Positions 47,599 to 58,698 are shown, counted from the first letter of the stretch. The stretch is DNA of 64,000 bases from Patescibacteria group bacterium (GCA_040384445.1 JAZKJG010000001.1:71650-135649); one strand, 5' to 3'. A program made the numbers and translations. The notes: generated by a model not told the origin, from the letters alone.

Positions 47599-49848
47599 AT
47601 GCGTTCATCCAAACCATTCATCATTAAACATACGCACAAGCCAGCAGGGGACCAACCAGCAGCTATTAAGAAGATTATTGAAGGTCTTAGGTCTGGCATG
47701 CAAAAACAAACTCTTCTTGGAGCGACAGGAACGGGTAAGACTTTTACGATGGCAAATGTGATCGCAGATGTACAAAGACCAACATTGGTTGTAGCACATA
47801 ACAAAACGCTTGCAGCTCAGCTCGCACAAGAGTTTAAGGAATTTTTTCCAGACAATGCAGTACATTATTTTGTATCGTATTATGACTACTATCAGCCTGA
47901 AGCATATATTTCAACGAGTGATACATACATTGAAAAAGAAGCGCAGATAAACGAAGAGATTGATCGCCTAAGACATGCAACAACACAGGCTCTATTAACG
48001 CGAAATGATGTGATTATTGTTGCATCTGTTTCTTGTATTTATGGTTTAGGATCTCCTGTTGAATATGAGAAGGTAAACTTTCTACTTCGACGAGATGAAA
48101 AAATGGACAGAGGAGAAGTTGTACGAAAACTCGTGCACATGTATTTTACACGGACAATTGCGGATGTAACACCTGCAACGTTTCGTGCACTTGGGAATAC
48201 TCTTGAAGTGATGCCAACACATGAGCGAATGATTTGGAGATTAATTTTTACAGGAGATAGATTAACGCGTATTGAAGAGATAGATCATATTACTCGACAA
48301 ATTATAAATCCAGATGTTGAGTCAATTCTTATTTTCCCAGCAAAACACTTTGTGACTCCAGAAGACGAAAGGGTTCGAGCAATTGAAGATATTAAAGCAG
48401 AGTTAACCGATCGTTTGAAAGTTTTAGAAGAAGGTGGAAAAGTAATTGAACATGAGAGATTAAAAAGACGAACAAATTACGACTTAGCTCTTTTACGAGA
48501 AGTTGGGTATTGTAATGGAATCGAAAACTACTCACGACATTTTTCAGGAAAAAAACCAGGTGAACCTGCTGATACACTTTTGTCATATTTTCCAGAGGGA
48601 TTTTTAACAATGATTGATGAGTCCCATGTGACGGTCCCTCAGTTAAATGGAATGTATGCCGGAGATGCTTCACGAAAAAAGAATCTTATTGATTTCGGAT
48701 TTCGACTTCCATCTGCTGCAGATAACCGACCGTTGCGATTTGCTGAGTTTGAAGAACGTACAGGACAGACAGTATATGTGTCTGCAACCCCAGGACCATA
48801 CGAATTAGAACAATCAAAAACAACACAAGTAGTACAACAAATTATTCGACCAACAGGTCTTGTTGATCCCGAACTGATTATTCGTCCAGTAGTGGGGACT
48901 GATACGTATGTCGGACAGATTTATGATTTTATTGCAGAAGTGGAAAAGAATACTGCAGCAGGAGAGCGAACACTTGCAACTACTTTGACCAAAAAGATGG
49001 CTGAAGATCTGTCTGAATTTTTAATTGCAAAAGGGATAAAGACTCGATACTTGCATAGTGATGTAGAAACCATGGAACGAATTCAAATACTTACAGAATT
49101 ACGTAAGGGTGCTTTTGATGTGCTTGTTGGAGTAAACCTGCTTCGAGAAGGACTGGATCTTCCTGAGGTATCTCTCATTGGAATTTTGGATGCAGATAAA
49201 GAAGGATTTCTTCGATCAAAAACTGCACTTATTCAAACCATTGGTCGTGCAGCTCGAAACGTAAACGGTAGAGTTATTTTGTACGCTGATAAAGTTACAA
49301 ACTCATTGACTGGTGCAATAGAGGAAACATTGCGTAGAAGAAATATTCAGCTTGCGTATAACAAAGAACATGGAATTACTCCACAGACTATTAAGAAAAC
49401 AATTCATGATATTACTGAAGCTATAGAAAATGAACATGAGAAAAGTGTGCGAGAAATGTTGACACTTGACCTCGGTATTGACAGTTTAGATGATATTGAA
49501 AAACAAACAGGGGCAGATAGTAAAAAAACCCTCAAGAAAATTTCTGTTTTAATTAAACAAAAGGAAAAAGAAATGAATGCTGCAGTTAAGGAGTTGGATT
49601 TTGAAACTGCTGCACTTCTACGAGATGAGATGCTTGCACTTGCAAAGATTCAAGAAACTGCAGGACAACCGAAGAAAGAGAAGAAAACAGCTTTTAAAGA
49701 TATGGAGAAGAAGGGTGATAAACGAGCACTCAATTTTTTACCCGAAGTTGAAAGTAAACATGTGGTAAATGTGAAATTTGGGAAGAAAGGTGCTGTGAAG
49801 AAAATCAAAGAACAGGATAAAAGACTAGGAAAAAAGAAAGCAGAGTAG
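47599..49848 (+). CDS. uvrB: Excinuclease ABC subunit B
   Basis: GATGTGKT, YYDYYQPEAY, DESH, NLLREGLD; Lys-rich tail. Confidence 0.98.
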   Translation: MRSSKPFIIKHTHKPAGDQPAAIKKIIEGLRSGMQKQTLLGATGTGKTFTMANVIADVQRPTLVVAHNKTLAAQLAQEFKEFFPDNAVHYFVSYYDYYQPEAYISTSDTYIEKEAQINEEIDRLRHATTQALLTRNDVIIVASVSCIYGLGSPVEYEKVNFLLRRDEKMDRGEVVRKLVHMYFTRTIADVTPATFRALGNTLEVMPTHERMIWRLIFTGDRLTRIEEIDHITRQIINPDVESILIFPAKHFVTPEDERVRAIEDIKAELTDRLKVLEEGGKVIEHERLKRRTNYDLALLREVGYCNGIENYSRHFSGKKPGEPADTLLSYFPEGFLTMIDESHVTVPQLNGMYAGDASRKKNLIDFGFRLPSAADNRPLRFAEFEERTGQTVYVSATPGPYELEQSKTTQVVQQIIRPTGLVDPELIIRPVVGTDTYVGQIYDFIAEVEKNTAAGERTLATTLTKKMAEDLSEFLIAKGIKTRYLHSDVETMERIQILTELRKGAFDVLVGVNLLREGLDLPEVSLIGILDADKEGFLRSKTALIQTIGRAARNVNGRVILYADKVTNSLTGAIEETLRRRNIQLAYNKEHGITPQTIKKTIHDITEAIENEHEKSVREMLTLDLGIDSLDDIEKQTGADSKKTLKKISVLIKQKEKEMNAAVKELDFETAALLRDEMLALAKIQETAGQPKKEKKTAFKDMEKKGDKRALNFLPEVESKHVVNVKFGKKGAVKKIKEQDKRLGKKKAE

Positions 49849-49930
49849 GGTTGTAAAAGATTTGGAAAAAGAGTATGTTTTAAAGTATGGAGACTGTGTA
49901 GTTTCCTAGAACCTTCAACCCCTTGACTAT

Positions 49931-50473
49931 ATGATAGTGATACTCAGTTTTGGTCCCAGGTATTTGCCGGACACACTTAGCGAAAAACTAGTTCCTCAAC
50001 TAGAAGAAACATTCCACGGTTTGGACATCCTTGTGTTTAATCCAGATTATGTGATCAAACATCTGGATGCAACATACAAGGATCTCAGACAAAGAGTCCA
50101 GGTAATGAGAGACGGAGGAAAAGCTTTGTTCCGAAGAGATTTTGTCCAAATTAGAAAAATATTTAGGCTCGCTCTTCATTCTGAAAGGGATATGCTCATT
50201 GTGGAAGGGTTCATAGTGGGAATACGAACTCTTCGTGAGTGGGAGGGAATTCGCTGGCGACGAGCTACACAATTCTCCTTCTTTGATTACATCGATAACC
50301 CTCCGAAAGCAACTCCTCAAAAGGAAAGATATCACAAGAAGATGACAAGTTACCTTAAGAACAGGAGGACAGACAGAATACAGGGCATTGTCTCATTTCG
50401 TAATCTACACAGCAACGTAGTTAGTATCTTACGAGCAAAAGGCGCTCGTGAGCTGACCGCTGTGTATGCATGA
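49931..50473 (+). CDS. Hypothetical protein, possibly decayed NMP-kinase fold (orphan cassette)
   Basis: MIVILSFGP start, LIVEGF; hairpin 50481-50514 follows. Confidence 0.55.
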   Translation: MIVILSFGPRYLPDTLSEKLVPQLEETFHGLDILVFNPDYVIKHLDATYKDLRQRVQVMRDGGKALFRRDFVQIRKIFRLALHSERDMLIVEGFIVGIRTLREWEGIRWRRATQFSFFDYIDNPPKATPQKERYHKKMTSYLKNRRTDRIQGIVSFRNLHSNVVSILRAKGARELTAVYA

Positions 50474-50544
50474 TCAATTTGGCCACCATCTCCACCTGGA
50501 GCTCTGGTGGTTTTATTATTCTTTAAAAATGCTACAATCCCACA

Positions 50545-52332
50545 ATGACTACAATCAAAACTGAATGGGACCATTCTGATTTATATAAAGGAATTACTGA
50601 TCCTAAACTGGATAAGGATATAAAAGCTATAGAGAAACTATATGCTGATTTCGCGAAGAAATATTCTGATCGGAAGTTTGTGCAGAATGCGAAAAGTTTG
50701 AAGAAGGCTTTGGATGATTGGAATGTGCTCACTGAAAAAGGGAGTGCTGTTCCAATATGGTATTTAGGATTACAGAAGACAGTGATGAGTAGTCCAGAGC
50801 TTGAAGCGGCTTCTCGAAGATTTACAGACAGAATTGTATTAGCATACAAAAAAGCAATTTTCTTTACATTAACTTTAGCTAAGATTCCTGAAGCAAAACA
50901 AAAAGCATACTTAAAAGATAAATCTTTGTGTCAGTACACATATTTACTTCAAACCATCTTTAATGATGCGAAATTTATGTTGAGTGAACCAGAAGAAAAA
51001 ATTCTTGCGGAAAAATATGCTGTTGCTCACACAGCATGGAAACAAATGCAATCAACATACAAGGATTCTCAAAAAGTGAAATTTGGAAAGAAAACTATTT
51101 CTATCGGTGAAGCAATGAGTATTAAGACTGACTTACCTCGAAAAGAAAGAAGAATTTTGCATAAAGATGTAATGGAGTTATATAAAACAATCAGTTTTGT
51201 AGCAGAAGGAGAATTAAACGCTGTAATTAAAAACAAAGCAATTGATGACACCCTTCGAGGATATAAAACTCCATACGAAAGTACTGTGAGAGGATATCAA
51301 AATGATATGAAAAGTATTGAGGGTTTAGTTGATGCTGTAACAAAAACAAATTCTATTTCACACAGATTTTTTAAAGTAAAAGCAAAAGTATTAAATGAGA
51401 TAGAGCAAAGCACAGATACAAGACTCACGATAGCTGATCTTGCGACTGGTATCAACCGGACAGATGATCTTAAGAAAAAAATTCCTTTCGAGGATGTGGT
51501 TAAAATAGTGCGAAAATCATTCGAAGAAGTTGGTCCCGAGTTTGCAGAGATTTTAGATAATTATCTTGCAAATGGTCAAATTGATGTGTATCCAAGGCAA
51601 GGAAAAAGAACAGGTGCTTTTTGTTCGACAATGATTGGAAGTGATAAAACGTACGTGTTGTTGAACTATTCTGGAAAACTTCCAGACAGTAGCACATTTG
51701 CACACGAAATGGGTCACGCAATCCATAGTGATTATGCAAAAACACAGTCTCCTATTTATCAAGACTATACGATCTCAGTTGCAGAGGTTGCGAGTACATT
51801 TTTCGAACATGTACTTCTTGATTCATTAATGAAAGATGCAACACCAACAGAAAAGAAAGATTTATTATTCACTCAGGTTCAAGATCGAATATTTACAATC
51901 CACGCTCAAATCGCTTATTTTCAATTTGAGAAAAAACTCCATGCAAAAGTGAAAGAACAAGGATTTGTTGGAAAAGCAGAAATCGCAAAAATGTTTGCAG
52001 ACTGCAGACGATCATATGTAGGTGACGCAATTGAAGTAACAGAAGAAGATGGATATGCATATGTTTATATCAGCCACTTCAGATCATTCTTCTATGTATA
52101 TGCATACGCATACGGACAACTCATCGCTGACGCACTCTACGCAGAATACAAAAAAGACAAAACATTCATAGAAAAAATAAAAGTATTTCTCAAAGCGGGA
52201 GGAAGTATGTCACCTGAAGATATTTGGAAATCAATTGGAATTGATACAACAAAACCAGATTTCTTTAAAAAAGGATTAAAAGCTTTGGAAAAAGATTTGA
52301 TCGAGCTCGAAAAAATGGAAAACATGCGATAG
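50545..52332 (+). CDS. pepF: M3 family oligoendopeptidase F
   Basis: GKRTGAFC, HEMGH, AEVAS, FYVYAYAYG. Confidence 0.92.
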   Translation: MTTIKTEWDHSDLYKGITDPKLDKDIKAIEKLYADFAKKYSDRKFVQNAKSLKKALDDWNVLTEKGSAVPIWYLGLQKTVMSSPELEAASRRFTDRIVLAYKKAIFFTLTLAKIPEAKQKAYLKDKSLCQYTYLLQTIFNDAKFMLSEPEEKILAEKYAVAHTAWKQMQSTYKDSQKVKFGKKTISIGEAMSIKTDLPRKERRILHKDVMELYKTISFVAEGELNAVIKNKAIDDTLRGYKTPYESTVRGYQNDMKSIEGLVDAVTKTNSISHRFFKVKAKVLNEIEQSTDTRLTIADLATGINRTDDLKKKIPFEDVVKIVRKSFEEVGPEFAEILDNYLANGQIDVYPRQGKRTGAFCSTMIGSDKTYVLLNYSGKLPDSSTFAHEMGHAIHSDYAKTQSPIYQDYTISVAEVASTFFEHVLLDSLMKDATPTEKKDLLFTQVQDRIFTIHAQIAYFQFEKKLHAKVKEQGFVGKAEIAKMFADCRRSYVGDAIEVTEEDGYAYVYISHFRSFFYVYAYAYGQLIADALYAEYKKDKTFIEKIKVFLKAGGSMSPEDIWKSIGIDTTKPDFFKKGLKALEKDLIELEKMENMR

Positions 52333-52350
52333 TACTGGTATACTTTCTGT

Positions 52351-52827
52351 ATGAAATATCTTTTTGGAATTGTATTATTAGCAGCAGTTGGATACATGAC
52401 ATATAGTTATATGACTGCCGAAAATCCGAAGACAGATACAACTGAAGTTAAGCCTGATTTTAACGGTATGTGGAGTGTGAATCTGCTGCCACGAAGTGGT
52501 GCTTCATGTTCTCCTGCAACCGCACAGATTCGGATTATTCAAAATATTGGAAAAACAAATCTTGTCACAAAAGATGGAGTTTCTTCAGCATTTAGTATTA
52601 CAGTGACAAAAGATGGGATTATTAGAAATATTGGTTCTGCCAATATCCTTACATTTGAAGGTGAGGTGCTTGGTGGTATTGGTGAAGGTAAGTGGTCCGA
52701 TAAGTATGGTTGCGCCGGTTCATTTACAATGAAAAAATCTGAAGCTGATGAATCAAGCGCCCCATACGGTGCACCAAAAACACCTTCAAATGGTCAGGAA
52801 AATATCCAGATACGAGACATGGAATAA
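52351..52827 (+). CDS. Exported hypothetical protein
   Basis: N-terminal TM; two Cys; host-type promoter. Confidence 0.7.
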   Translation: MKYLFGIVLLAAVGYMTYSYMTAENPKTDTTEVKPDFNGMWSVNLLPRSGASCSPATAQIRIIQNIGKTNLVTKDGVSSAFSITVTKDGIIRNIGSANILTFEGEVLGGIGEGKWSDKYGCAGSFTMKKSEADESSAPYGAPKTPSNGQENIQIRDME

Positions 52828-52856
52828 TAGTTACTTTCGTGTTACTGTATATAGAT

Positions 52857-54704
52857 ATGACTCTGACGAAACAATTGACATCAGCAGAAGTACGTGACAG
52901 GTTTCTTGCATTCTTTAAAGAACGAAAACATGCCATCCTTCCATCGAGCTCGCTTGTACCAGAAAATGACCCCTCAGTGCTTTTTAATACTGCTGGAATG
53001 CAACCGATTGTTCCATATTTACTAGGAGAAAAACATCCAGAAGGAACTCGACTTGCAAACATTCAAAAGTGTGTACGAACGGTTGATATTGAAGAGGTTG
53101 GAGATAGTCGACATCTTACGTTTTTTGAAATGATGGGAAATTGGTCCCTGGGTGACTATTTTAAAAAAGAAGCTATTGAATGGAGTTATGATTTACTTAC
53201 AAATGCAGAGTACGGATTTGGATTAGATCCAGAGCGGCTGTACGTGACGTGTTTTGAAGGAGATGAAAACGCACCAAAAGATACAGAGAGTGCAGAAATT
53301 TGGAAAGATATATTTACAAAAGCGGGTGTACACAAAAATGATGCTACAGGTAAAGAAAGGATTTTCTTTTTACCTGCAAAAAATAACTGGTGGAGTCCTG
53401 GAGAAAATGGGCCATGTGGACCTGATACAGAAATGTTTTATGATATTACAGGAACACTCACAACTGGTTTAACACATGATGAATATGTGAAAGCTGATGA
53501 TGAGGGGAAACTCGTAGAGATCTGGAATGATGTATTCATGGAGTATAAAAAGAAAGATGGAGTGGTAGTTGGAAAACTTGAAACGCAAAACGTAGATACA
53601 GGATCTGGATTTGAAAGAATTGTCATGATGGTGCAGGGAAAATCTTCAGTATATGAGACAGATGTTTTTACTCCTATTCTTGAAAAGATAGAGAGTTTAC
53701 GAACAACAGATGTGGAAAATCCAGAACAATCAAAGCGAGTGATTGCTGATCACTTAAGAACATCCGTAATGCTTTTCTCAGACGGAGTGCTTCCATCAAA
53801 CACCGATCAGGGATATATTCTCAGACGACTTCTTCGACGAGCCCTACGTCATGCTGATATTCTAGGATTACCAGAAAATTCTCTTTTCTTGATTGCAGAT
53901 ACTGTGACGGATTATTTTAAAGATGTATATGAACAAGTTTCTAAACAAAAAGAAACTATTAAAGTTGCTATTAGTGCAGAAGAAAAAAAGTTTAGAAAAG
54001 CACTTACATCTGGTTTAAAGGAGTTTAATAAAATTTCTGAAAAAACTATTGAGCAAAATAAAACAGAAATGGAAACAGAAGATGTGTTTATGCTTTTTGA
54101 GTCATATGGTTTCCCAATAGAACTTGTAGTTGAGCTTGCGCATGAAAAGAAACTCACACTCAATATGGATGAGTTTAAAAGAATGTATACTGAACACCAA
54201 GAAAAATCACGGGCAGGATCTGAGAAAAAATTTAAAGGAGGACTTGCGGGAGATGGAGTAATGGAAACTCGATATCATACAGCCACACACTTGCTTCACC
54301 AGGCCCTGCGTGAGGTTCTGGGCACAGATGTGTCTCAGAAAGGAAGTAATATCACAGAGGAAAGACTTCGATTTGATTTCGCACATACAACAAAAATGAC
54401 TGATGAAGAAAAGAAGTTGGTGGAAGAGAAGGTAAATACATGGATTTCACAAGATCTACCGGTGCAGCTTGTTGTTATGTCAAAAAAAGAAGCCGAACAA
54501 ACCGGAGCGTTGCATTTCTTTGGAGAAAAATATGCAGACCATGTACAAGTGTATTTCATTGGAAAAAATATGGACGATGCAATCTCAAAAGAATTTTGTG
54601 GAGGACCGCATGTGACGCGCACTGGAGAGCTTGGAACATTTAAAATACAAAAAGAAGAAGCGGTTTCGCAAGGAGTTCGAAGAATCAAAGCAGTTCTTTC
54701 ATAG
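52857..54704 (+). CDS. alaS: Alanine--tRNA ligase lacking C-Ala domain
   Basis: NTAGMQP, HLTFFEMMGN, DTGSGFER, HTATHLL, CGGPH; ends GVRRIKAVLS. Confidence 0.95.
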   Translation: MTLTKQLTSAEVRDRFLAFFKERKHAILPSSSLVPENDPSVLFNTAGMQPIVPYLLGEKHPEGTRLANIQKCVRTVDIEEVGDSRHLTFFEMMGNWSLGDYFKKEAIEWSYDLLTNAEYGFGLDPERLYVTCFEGDENAPKDTESAEIWKDIFTKAGVHKNDATGKERIFFLPAKNNWWSPGENGPCGPDTEMFYDITGTLTTGLTHDEYVKADDEGKLVEIWNDVFMEYKKKDGVVVGKLETQNVDTGSGFERIVMMVQGKSSVYETDVFTPILEKIESLRTTDVENPEQSKRVIADHLRTSVMLFSDGVLPSNTDQGYILRRLLRRALRHADILGLPENSLFLIADTVTDYFKDVYEQVSKQKETIKVAISAEEKKFRKALTSGLKEFNKISEKTIEQNKTEMETEDVFMLFESYGFPIELVVELAHEKKLTLNMDEFKRMYTEHQEKSRAGSEKKFKGGLAGDGVMETRYHTATHLLHQALREVLGTDVSQKGSNITEERLRFDFAHTTKMTDEEKKLVEEKVNTWISQDLPVQLVVMSKKEAEQTGALHFFGEKYADHVQVYFIGKNMDDAISKEFCGGPHVTRTGELGTFKIQKEEAVSQGVRRIKAVLS

Positions 54705-54735
54705 AAAATATTTTTCGTGATACAATAATAACCAC

Positions 54736-55821
54736 ATGAGAATTGTTCTTGTTCTAAAACCGTATGCAATTGAAGTGTATTCAGAAGAAAATTCTGTGTA
54801 CATGCTTGTTGGTATTGAACACAGTACTCGTATAGAAAATGAAAGTCTGACAGATTACGAGAAGCGTATGATTTTTATTGCAAAAGATTTATGTAGTGAT
54901 ATGCGTGCAAGTCCTTTTTTTAAAGCTGTTGCAAAAAAAGTAGAGAGTATACAAATTATCCTCTGCGCACCATGGTGTACGTATGATGTTGTACAAGTAG
55001 AAAAGGATTTTGGAAAGCCTGTAAAAATTGATGAAAAATTACTCGCTTCAATGAAAATAAAGAAAAGTGAGGACGAAGTGTTTGTTGTGGAGTCATATAC
55101 GTCGAATATGATGTTAAACGGATATACTGTAAAACATATGGCAGGTCATATGGCTCAGCATGTACATTTTCAGTATGTACATATTTATGCAAATGCATCT
55201 TTCGCCACATCTTTGATTAAATCCATGGAAAGTATTTTTCATACACATAAAGTTGTAGTTAAATCAGTGTACGGATTAGTTGAGGGAATGGCCTCAGCGG
55301 GCGATAAGGCATACACACATGAAATGAGAATTATTCTCGAAGAGGAAAGTGTAGATATTGCATATATCTCAGAAGGTTTGCATATTGTAAATACATTTGT
55401 ACCGCATAGTTATATGCATGTTGAAGATGATATTGCGATGAAATTATCTTCAAACCACGAAGTTGTAGGTAAAATACTACAATCACGATATGAATCATTT
55501 CTGACAAATACAGGAGTAAACGGAGTAGTTGATAAAAATGCTAAGAAACTTTGGCCTGATTTGGATGTTCAAACTCAAGCAATGATTAATGCATCAATAG
55601 AAGAAAGTATTGAAAAAGTTCTTGTATCTATTCGGAATTGTATTGATGGCATGGGTGCTGAATACACAAAAGATTTTATTTCTGTACGAATATTCTGCCT
55701 GCATAAGCGTCTGCTTGAGACATATGGGTTTGAACTAAGCCAGAAAATTCATAATGACCCTTATATTGCAATGAAAATTCATGTAACAGCGGAGACTATT
55801 ACAGTTAACAACATATTCTAG
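54736..55821 (+). CDS. Hypothetical protein, possible degenerate FtsA/PilM actin-fold
   Basis: LNGY motif; length and context. Confidence 0.5.
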   Translation: MRIVLVLKPYAIEVYSEENSVYMLVGIEHSTRIENESLTDYEKRMIFIAKDLCSDMRASPFFKAVAKKVESIQIILCAPWCTYDVVQVEKDFGKPVKIDEKLLASMKIKKSEDEVFVVESYTSNMMLNGYTVKHMAGHMAQHVHFQYVHIYANASFATSLIKSMESIFHTHKVVVKSVYGLVEGMASAGDKAYTHEMRIILEEESVDIAYISEGLHIVNTFVPHSYMHVEDDIAMKLSSNHEVVGKILQSRYESFLTNTGVNGVVDKNAKKLWPDLDVQTQAMINASIEESIEKVLVSIRNCIDGMGAEYTKDFISVRIFCLHKRLLETYGFELSQKIHNDPYIAMKIHVTAETITVNNIF

Positions 55822-55836
55822 TATACTAATAGCTAT

Positions 55837-56979
55837 ATGTACGGAGACATAATTCCACCAAAAAAGAAATATTCTGAACCATCGGAGGCTTTGCTTCAAC
55901 ACGAAAGAGAGGAGATTCATTTTACGCCTATTAAAAGAGGAGCATATCAAGAACAAAAAAATAAAAAAATTCCTGCAATACTAACTGCTCTTGCGATTCT
56001 TGTTGTTGCGCTCGGTGTGTACCATAAGATTTTTAATGGAACTACAATTAGCTTAACTCCAGTTACGACTCGATTTGAAATTCAACAGAAAATTCCTTTG
56101 ATTCTACAAAATAGAGAAAAGGACTCTCTCACATATAGTTTGGTGTATGTTCCCTCAAGTACCTCAACACGTAATCCGTTTGCGGCGGAAGCAACTTCAT
56201 CAGCGCCTGTGATTACACAAGATGCTGGAGTATACACATTAACTTCGACTTCAACAGGTTTGACGAAGCGTGTTCGTCTTGTAAATAAAACAAGTGGCGC
56301 CGTAGCACTTCGTGCAACAACTCGATTTGATGTTGATGAAGTTGTGTATACACTTGATGCGGCAGCAAGTAATCCTCCTACACCAAAAGCAGAACTGGAT
56401 TTGATCACATCTTCAACAACATATAAAGTTGTAGGTTTTAAAGATACAGCATCATACAATTTAATTTACGCTATCCCAGATACAACAAACGCACCTACTG
56501 TTGCAGAAAACGCAGCTGTCTCAACAATGCCACCAGCAGATGTCTTGGCTTTGATGCCTGATGATGCAATTGCACTTCAGAAGAGTACTATATATGACAA
56601 ATTACTTGATCAGTCTGCAATTGTTGTGTTTGATGAAAGAACATTGGAAGAATTTTTAAATACTGCAAATATACAAGTGCAAGAATATTTCAAAGTTCTT
56701 AAACCTTTTGGCACAAGTATTTCGTATAATATTACTATTGTTGATTATACTCTTGTTACATCTCCAGAGTCAGGTAAACCAACTGCACTTACTGGTTTAA
56801 CACTTGAGATAACTCCAATAATTGAAAATAGTTTAGTCTCAGGACAGTTTGCTGGATTTAAAAAAGAAACAATGGAGAAGATTCAGAAACAGGTTGCAGA
56901 GTATATAGTGTCTGATGTGTCGTATACTCCATTCTGGTCTAAGTCTGTTGCGGTGGAGGAGAAGATCACAGTTAAGTAA
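55837..56979 (+). CDS. Single-TM protein, possibly baseplate-J-like CPR family
   Basis: DIIPP N-terminus, TM, LVN..L...TRF, C-terminal PFW....I.V. Confidence 0.55.
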   Translation: MYGDIIPPKKKYSEPSEALLQHEREEIHFTPIKRGAYQEQKNKKIPAILTALAILVVALGVYHKIFNGTTISLTPVTTRFEIQQKIPLILQNREKDSLTYSLVYVPSSTSTRNPFAAEATSSAPVITQDAGVYTLTSTSTGLTKRVRLVNKTSGAVALRATTRFDVDEVVYTLDAAASNPPTPKAELDLITSSTTYKVVGFKDTASYNLIYAIPDTTNAPTVAENAAVSTMPPADVLALMPDDAIALQKSTIYDKLLDQSAIVVFDERTLEEFLNTANIQVQEYFKVLKPFGTSISYNITIVDYTLVTSPESGKPTALTGLTLEITPIIENSLVSGQFAGFKKETMEKIQKQVAEYIVSDVSYTPFWSKSVAVEEKITVK

Positions 56980-56984
56980 TACAT

Positions 56985-57002
56985 ATGAACACATGTGTTC
57001 AT
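56985..57002. promoter_or_regulatory. Perfect 18-bp palindrome upstream of obg
   Basis: ATGAACACATGTGTTCAT. Confidence 0.45.
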
Positions 57003-57033
57003 TTTCGTCTATCTATGATACACTCGATATATC

Positions 57034-58047
57034 ATGGCATTTATAGACGAAATGGAGGTACATATTAAGGCAGGTAAAGGAGGCAACGGAGTTGTTCGGT
57101 GGCTGCACGAATATGCTAAAGAATTTGGAGGACCATCAGGAGGTGATGGTGGACGTGGTGCGGACGTATACGTGAGAGCAATCGCGGATACATTTTATTT
57201 ACGGAAATATATGCATACAAAAGAGTTTTTTGCTGACGAAGGTGCATATGGAAGTGGAAATAGTAGTAAAGGGAAACAAGGTGAAGATTTTATTATTGAT
57301 ATCCCGGTAGGATCTATTATTACGCGTATTCAAGATATTAATGTTCACGACAACTTTACGATTTCAAATCCAGTAATTACACTTGATGAAGTTGGTCAGA
57401 TGGTTCGGATTCTGAAGGGAGGTATGGGAGGATATGGTAACGAACACTTTAAAGGACCAGCAAACCAAAAGCCTGAAGAGTGGACAGCTGGAAAACCAGG
57501 TGAAGAAGGACAGTTTCATATTGAAGTACGCATGATTGCAGATATTGGTCTTATTGGATTGCCTAATGCAGGTAAGTCTTCTCTTTTAAATGCGCTCACA
57601 AAAGCTGACGTTAAAGTTGGAAATTATGAATTTACAACTCTGGAACCAAACTTAGGGTCAATGTTTGGAACTATTATCGCTGATATCCCAGGATTGATTG
57701 AAGGAGCATCAGAAGGAAAGGGATTGGGTCATACATTTCTTCGACATATTCAACGAACAAAAGTTCTTGCCCACTGTGTTTCTTTGGACCAAACCCTCGC
57801 ACAGATGATCGATGTATATCATGTGATCCGAAAAGAATTAGAGCAATATTCGTTAGAGCTTTCTCAAAAGAAAGAAGTGATTATTCTTACAAAAAGTGAT
57901 ACATGTACTCCAGAAGAAGTGGAAGAAAAGAGAAAAGCATTTGCACAAAAACTAAAACTTGATCTGGAATCAATTCGAACAATTTCTGTATATGATCTAG
58001 ACGCGACAAAAATGTTACGAGAATGGTTGACAACTATAGTTAAGTAG
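57034..58047 (+). CDS. obg: GTPase Obg
   Basis: FIDE, GGPSGGDGG, GLPNAGKS, YEFTTLEPN, DIPGLIEGA, TKSD. Confidence 0.96.
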   Translation: MAFIDEMEVHIKAGKGGNGVVRWLHEYAKEFGGPSGGDGGRGADVYVRAIADTFYLRKYMHTKEFFADEGAYGSGNSSKGKQGEDFIIDIPVGSIITRIQDINVHDNFTISNPVITLDEVGQMVRILKGGMGGYGNEHFKGPANQKPEEWTAGKPGEEGQFHIEVRMIADIGLIGLPNAGKSSLLNALTKADVKVGNYEFTTLEPNLGSMFGTIIADIPGLIEGASEGKGLGHTFLRHIQRTKVLAHCVSLDQTLAQMIDVYHVIRKELEQYSLELSQKKEVIILTKSDTCTPEEVEEKRKAFAQKLKLDLESIRTISVYDLDATKMLREWLTTIVK

Positions 58048-58122
58048 TTTAATAATATATGTATAGGTACTTGGTGTTAAGTACTTCTTCTTGCTCTTTA
58101 ACCTTTAACAACCCAACAAAAA

Positions 58123-58698
58123 ATGAACCTCTACACTATTGTGGTGTCTAATGACCGAGCTGAAACTTGGCCTGGATTCTCGTTTTCTGTACTCAGGTCT
58201 CTCAAAACTTTTCTAGATGATGAGTTGCTTGCTCTTGAACTTGATCGAAAAGTACTTGAGGGAAGGCAGCTCGTTGTTGGAGAAGAATTTAATGTTCTTG
58301 ATGGATTTGTTGATGTGCACAAAAAAATCGTCAAGGAAGACAGTTATCCTCCAAACCGAATACAGTCTATAATCGTGCTCTTCAAAGTTCGAATTTCTCA
58401 TCCATACACCTGCGAAATTGAAACTGAGTCAAAGTCACATAAACCACTCCTCAGTGACGTTCTTGGTACACATAAATCTTTGATTTTTGAGATTCGCGAA
58501 GGAAGTCGGATAGTTGTGCAATGGAATGGGATCGAGTATTGCATTGCATGCAAAGATGGTTGTCTAGTATGGTGTCAGCTTGACTGGACCAAACCAGGGG
58601 AGGTTAATCATAATAAGCCCTCACGACTTACAACTCTTTTCCGAGGCCTTTTTAAGAGGAAACCAAAAAAAAGAGACACACAACCTAAAAACATTTAA
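58123..58698 (+). CDS. Hypothetical protein (orphan cassette)
   Basis: 191 aa; leader hairpin GTACTT/AAGTAC; hairpin 58703-58732. Confidence 0.65.
   Translation: MNLYTIVVSNDRAETWPGFSFSVLRSLKTFLDDELLALELDRKVLEGRQLVVGEEFNVLDGFVDVHKKIVKEDSYPPNRIQSIIVLFKVRISHPYTCEIETESKSHKPLLSDVLGTHKSLIFEIREGSRIVVQWNGIEYCIACKDGCLVWCQLDWTKPGEVNHNKPSRLTTLFRGLFKRKPKKRDTQPKNI

Noticed and set aside
56985-57002. parS or LexA box
   Set aside because: Does not match TGTTTCACGTGAAACA or GAAC-N4-GTTC.
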